Assembly (NCBI GenBank): GCA_018985225.1
Contig: JADGIF010000029.1
Coordinates: 1-32,000 of the forward strand
Origin: Amoeboradix gromovi X-113
Taxonomy: Eukaryota; Fungi; Sanchytriomycota
Direction of reading: 5' to 3'
DNA: 32,000 bases
The position numbers and the translations under genes were made by a program. This document shows positions 29,120 to 32,000 of this stretch, in pieces (position 1 is the first letter of the stretch; every line of letters begins with the position of its first letter). The notes under the pieces are model-generated. The model was not told the DNA's origin. It searched no databases and saw only the letters and a list, made by a program, of their open reading frames with translations.

Positions 29120-29460
29120 CTTGCAAATAGTCTCCAAGTCTCGAAAAATAAACAGAGTTTGCAAATGTTCCTAAAATACAAACACAACATAAGTCCTCTG
29201 GTCTATTTTCAACCGTTTAAATGTGAATCAAAGGCGTCTTTAAAGAGCTATTTGAATTAATTAAAGATAGTATCTAATCAACAAAGTGTACAAACTATTT
29301 TAGAAACTATCAAGAAATCTAGCGTCAAGCAACAATCTCATCAATTTTATTAGAATTTTGTGGAATTCTAGACGGAAATGTGATTTTCAAATGAAAAATT
29401 TATTTTGAATATCTACGTTAAATGTGAAGTTCTTCGGTTAGGCAGTGCCCACAATTCATA

Positions 29461-30123
29461 CATAATATTCCAAGTACGTTACCACCTGGATTAATAACTT
29501 TATATTTAGAGCATCCTGGTTATCCGGGCAATCACTTTACAGGCACGTTAAAATTAAATAAGCCAGCCTATTTATACATTAATGACAATTACATTACTGA
29601 TATCATTATTAGCGATACAAGTAGTTTATTGGAATGTGATTTATCCAATAATCTATTGTTGGGGAATCCGAATGTTATAAGTCTTACGATGTGTACAAAA
29701 AATAATCTTTACTTTGCTAATCTTCTATCAATTACAGTAACTCAAACAACTTCAATTAGTTTTGCAAATAGTGCAACCTTTTTCAGTAGCATTATCAGTA
29801 GCATTATCAGTAGCATGACATCAGATATCATCAGTGTTCAAGAGAGTAGCTCAACTAAAAGCGCCGATACCACCGTTTATCAAATATCCATAAATGCAAA
29901 ACCTTTCACAACCTTAGAACGTAGTCAAACCAGTGCGAGTACTATGAATATGACCACCAGTGAAAAAACTGAAATTGTAGTGACAGCATCACAAACAGCA
30001 ATATCATCCACAACAACTGCTACATCAAATACTACAACTATTACAACCATCCCTACAACCTCAAAAACCTTTTCTGCCACCAGTGTCCCAATTTATATGG
30101 CTTCTTATTCTCAAGCACACTGA
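29461..30123 (+). pseudogene. 5'-truncated paralog of the LRR surface protein
   Basis: IPSTLPPGLITLYL..GNHFTGTLKLNKP..ITDIIISD..CDLSNNLLLGNPNV aligns with 26136-27218. No ATG or signal peptide (stops upstream) and no TM tail. Confidence 0.75.
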
Positions 30124-30545
30124 GACATACTCTTATCTCTTCTGAATCAAGTGTCTGAATATCGACTGCTTTTATCAAGTCTTCAAACAAATAGCACCAA
30201 AATTTTGTAGTACGATACCAATGAGCCACCTTACTAGAAAGCCTTATGAATGCCATCAGCTCTATTGAGCTAATACCTTTTGCCTAGCTGAAGCACTTGA
30301 ATACCGAAGACGCATTATTCCATAAGTAATCATCTAAACGTTTATAAGAAGAGTTGCGTTCAACGTCAAGAAGCATCTCTAGGAATATAGCAACGCATCG
30401 GAAGGCTTATCTGAAATACTCTGCGTTACCTTTTTGCAACACAATAGCTTGTTCTGTTCAGATACGATAGGCACGAGAGCATCTTGTACAGGAGAAGATA
30501 ATTCGTCTCCAATTACACAAAATTATATAGGTACCAATTTATGAT

Positions 30546-30965
30546 TTACATAACACAGTACAGTGCTCTTGATTGTATTTTCTTTTTTTCTTCTTCCAAA
30601 CTATCTACAAATTCCCAAATATCTGCCCAGCTTGATGACTTGGTTTCTTCCGGAACACTCTTCAATCTTGCATATGTTGCGGAATCCTTGATCCAGCGGG
30701 CAACTTTAAATTTGGAGGATTTGATTTGAAATTTGCTTGGCAATTTCCGCAAATTGTAATCCTTGTACAAGGCATCTGCACCACTGTAATATTCGTATTG
30801 CTGTTTAGCAAATGGAACAATCAGGTTCTCAATAGTAGGTAGGTTATATTCCAACACCACCAGTTTCTTGTCATCCATGTTATTTGCAATGAAATGGAGA
30901 GCAGCAGTAGTCATACTACCATGAGTACATATACAGTAAAAATAAGAATTGCTATCTCTACCCAT
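30546..30965 (-). CDS. Hypothetical protein
   Basis: 139-aa ATG-initiated ORF with no recognisable motif. Confidence 0.35.
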   Translation of the reverse strand: MGRDSNSYFYCICTHGSMTTAALHFIANNMDDKKLVVLEYNLPTIENLIVPFAKQQYEYYSGADALYKDYNLRKLPSKFQIKSSKFKVARWIKDSATYARLKSVPEETKSSSWADIWEFVDSLEEEKKKIQSRALYCVM

Positions 30966-30976
30966 CGGAGCACTAT

Positions 30977-31808
30977 TTATACTAACATTATTAGGAATAT
31001 CACTGAAATATTTATGCTATAGGAATTAGAAAAGCATTTAATTTTAAATGCATCAGGTAATTTCGTGCAATTACTAGCAACTGTTTCGGAATCAAAATAA
31101 CCACAAAATGCTTCAACTCTCAAATTATGTGGATAGGAGCCCTTCTCATATTGTGCCATTAAAAACTGAGACGCATTCTCCAGGAAAGCTGTAGATGAAG
31201 GAGATTCAGAGGTGAAAAACACTGTAGAATCATTTGTTTCAATAACTGCGTAAACGCCAGAATTAGTTTTGAACACTGTGTTGATAACAGACTCGACTGC
31301 TTTTTCCCATTTTGACTCTGTTGACGCATTGTCTGACTTGCAGCATTTCTGGGCATATTCAGCTACATTTCTACAATTTTCATCATTTCTGCAAGAGTTG
31401 TATTCACCTTGTAACAATACTGCTTCTAATTCAAACCCACCCTGTTTCTCGACAATGCTAGCTTGGGTAGAATCCACCTCTTCTGCAAAAAGTTCAGCTA
31501 CCTTTCTACAATTTTCATCAGTGTTACAAGGCTTGTCATTACCCAAACCACCCTGTTTCTCAATAAAGCTAGCTCGAGTGGAATCAGATTCGTCTGGAAA
31601 AAACCTACCATGGCGTGCATTTCAGATAATGCTATTGAGGGTCTCCTCATTCTCAATATAATTATCATATATAGCATTGCAGTGCTCTGCTGCCAGTGAA
31701 AAATGACCGTTATGCCCGTTCTTGTAGTTGTCAATTGGCCATATTACATCATCGTCTTCCTGTATATATTCTCTTAACTGTAGTTTAATGTGTTTTGGAT
31801 GTGGTAAT
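30977..31808 (-). pseudogene. Repeat-containing, possibly GPI-anchored surface protein with an internal stop
   Basis: The frame of ORF 30977-31546 extends upstream through one TGA (about 31622-31624) to about 31808. Repeated DENCR(K/N)VAE and DST(Q/R)AS..EKQGG units; hydrophobic C-terminus. Confidence 0.4.
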
Positions 31809-32000
31809 TATTACTTATTGCCTTGGTTCTTTCTAGCCCTTCATATTATCATCTTTTTCAATGGCTCTTTCTGCATGGTTTCTTAAGGATGATAATGTGT
31901 AATCTAGTGTGGTTTCTAGGTGTTCCTCCTGCTCTTTGTGAAGCAGAAAAAAGAAACGGAAGACTGCACGTAAAGAGTATGTAGAGGTACTGCGACAAAC

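Overview
AT-rich, gene-dense eukaryotic DNA with fungal-like proteins and the standard genetic code. It most resembles a compact early-diverging fungal genome, possibly a sanchytrid-like parasite, but that is inference only. Housekeeping genes (half-size ABCA, AVT3/4-type amino-acid transporter, secreted S8 subtilase, ABCG half-transporter, CaMK, SUB2/UAP56, LRR surface proteins) are interleaved with much mobile DNA. Three genes that the ORF track splits are single genes joined by ultra-short 19-21 nt GT-AG introns ending in TTAAY-NNAG. Between the genes lie two diverged, non-coding remnants of a Fanzor/TnpB-type RNA-guided nuclease element (about 9.64-9.95 kb and 12.45-12.95 kb, minus strand). 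They share a conserved 3' tail whose homology stops abruptly, as expected for an omegaRNA scaffold followed by a locus-specific guide. From 13.1 to 23.8 kb there is a nested transposon/effector island: a MACPF-like ORF, a Crinkler-type Ubl-REase-kinase flanked by direct repeats, a truncated Merlin transposase, an intact Sola1-like transposase fused to a homeodomain, and a 3.7-kb TIR element carrying a SWIM + ADP-ribosyltransferase-like cargo. All family assignments come from motif recognition by eye; no searches were run.
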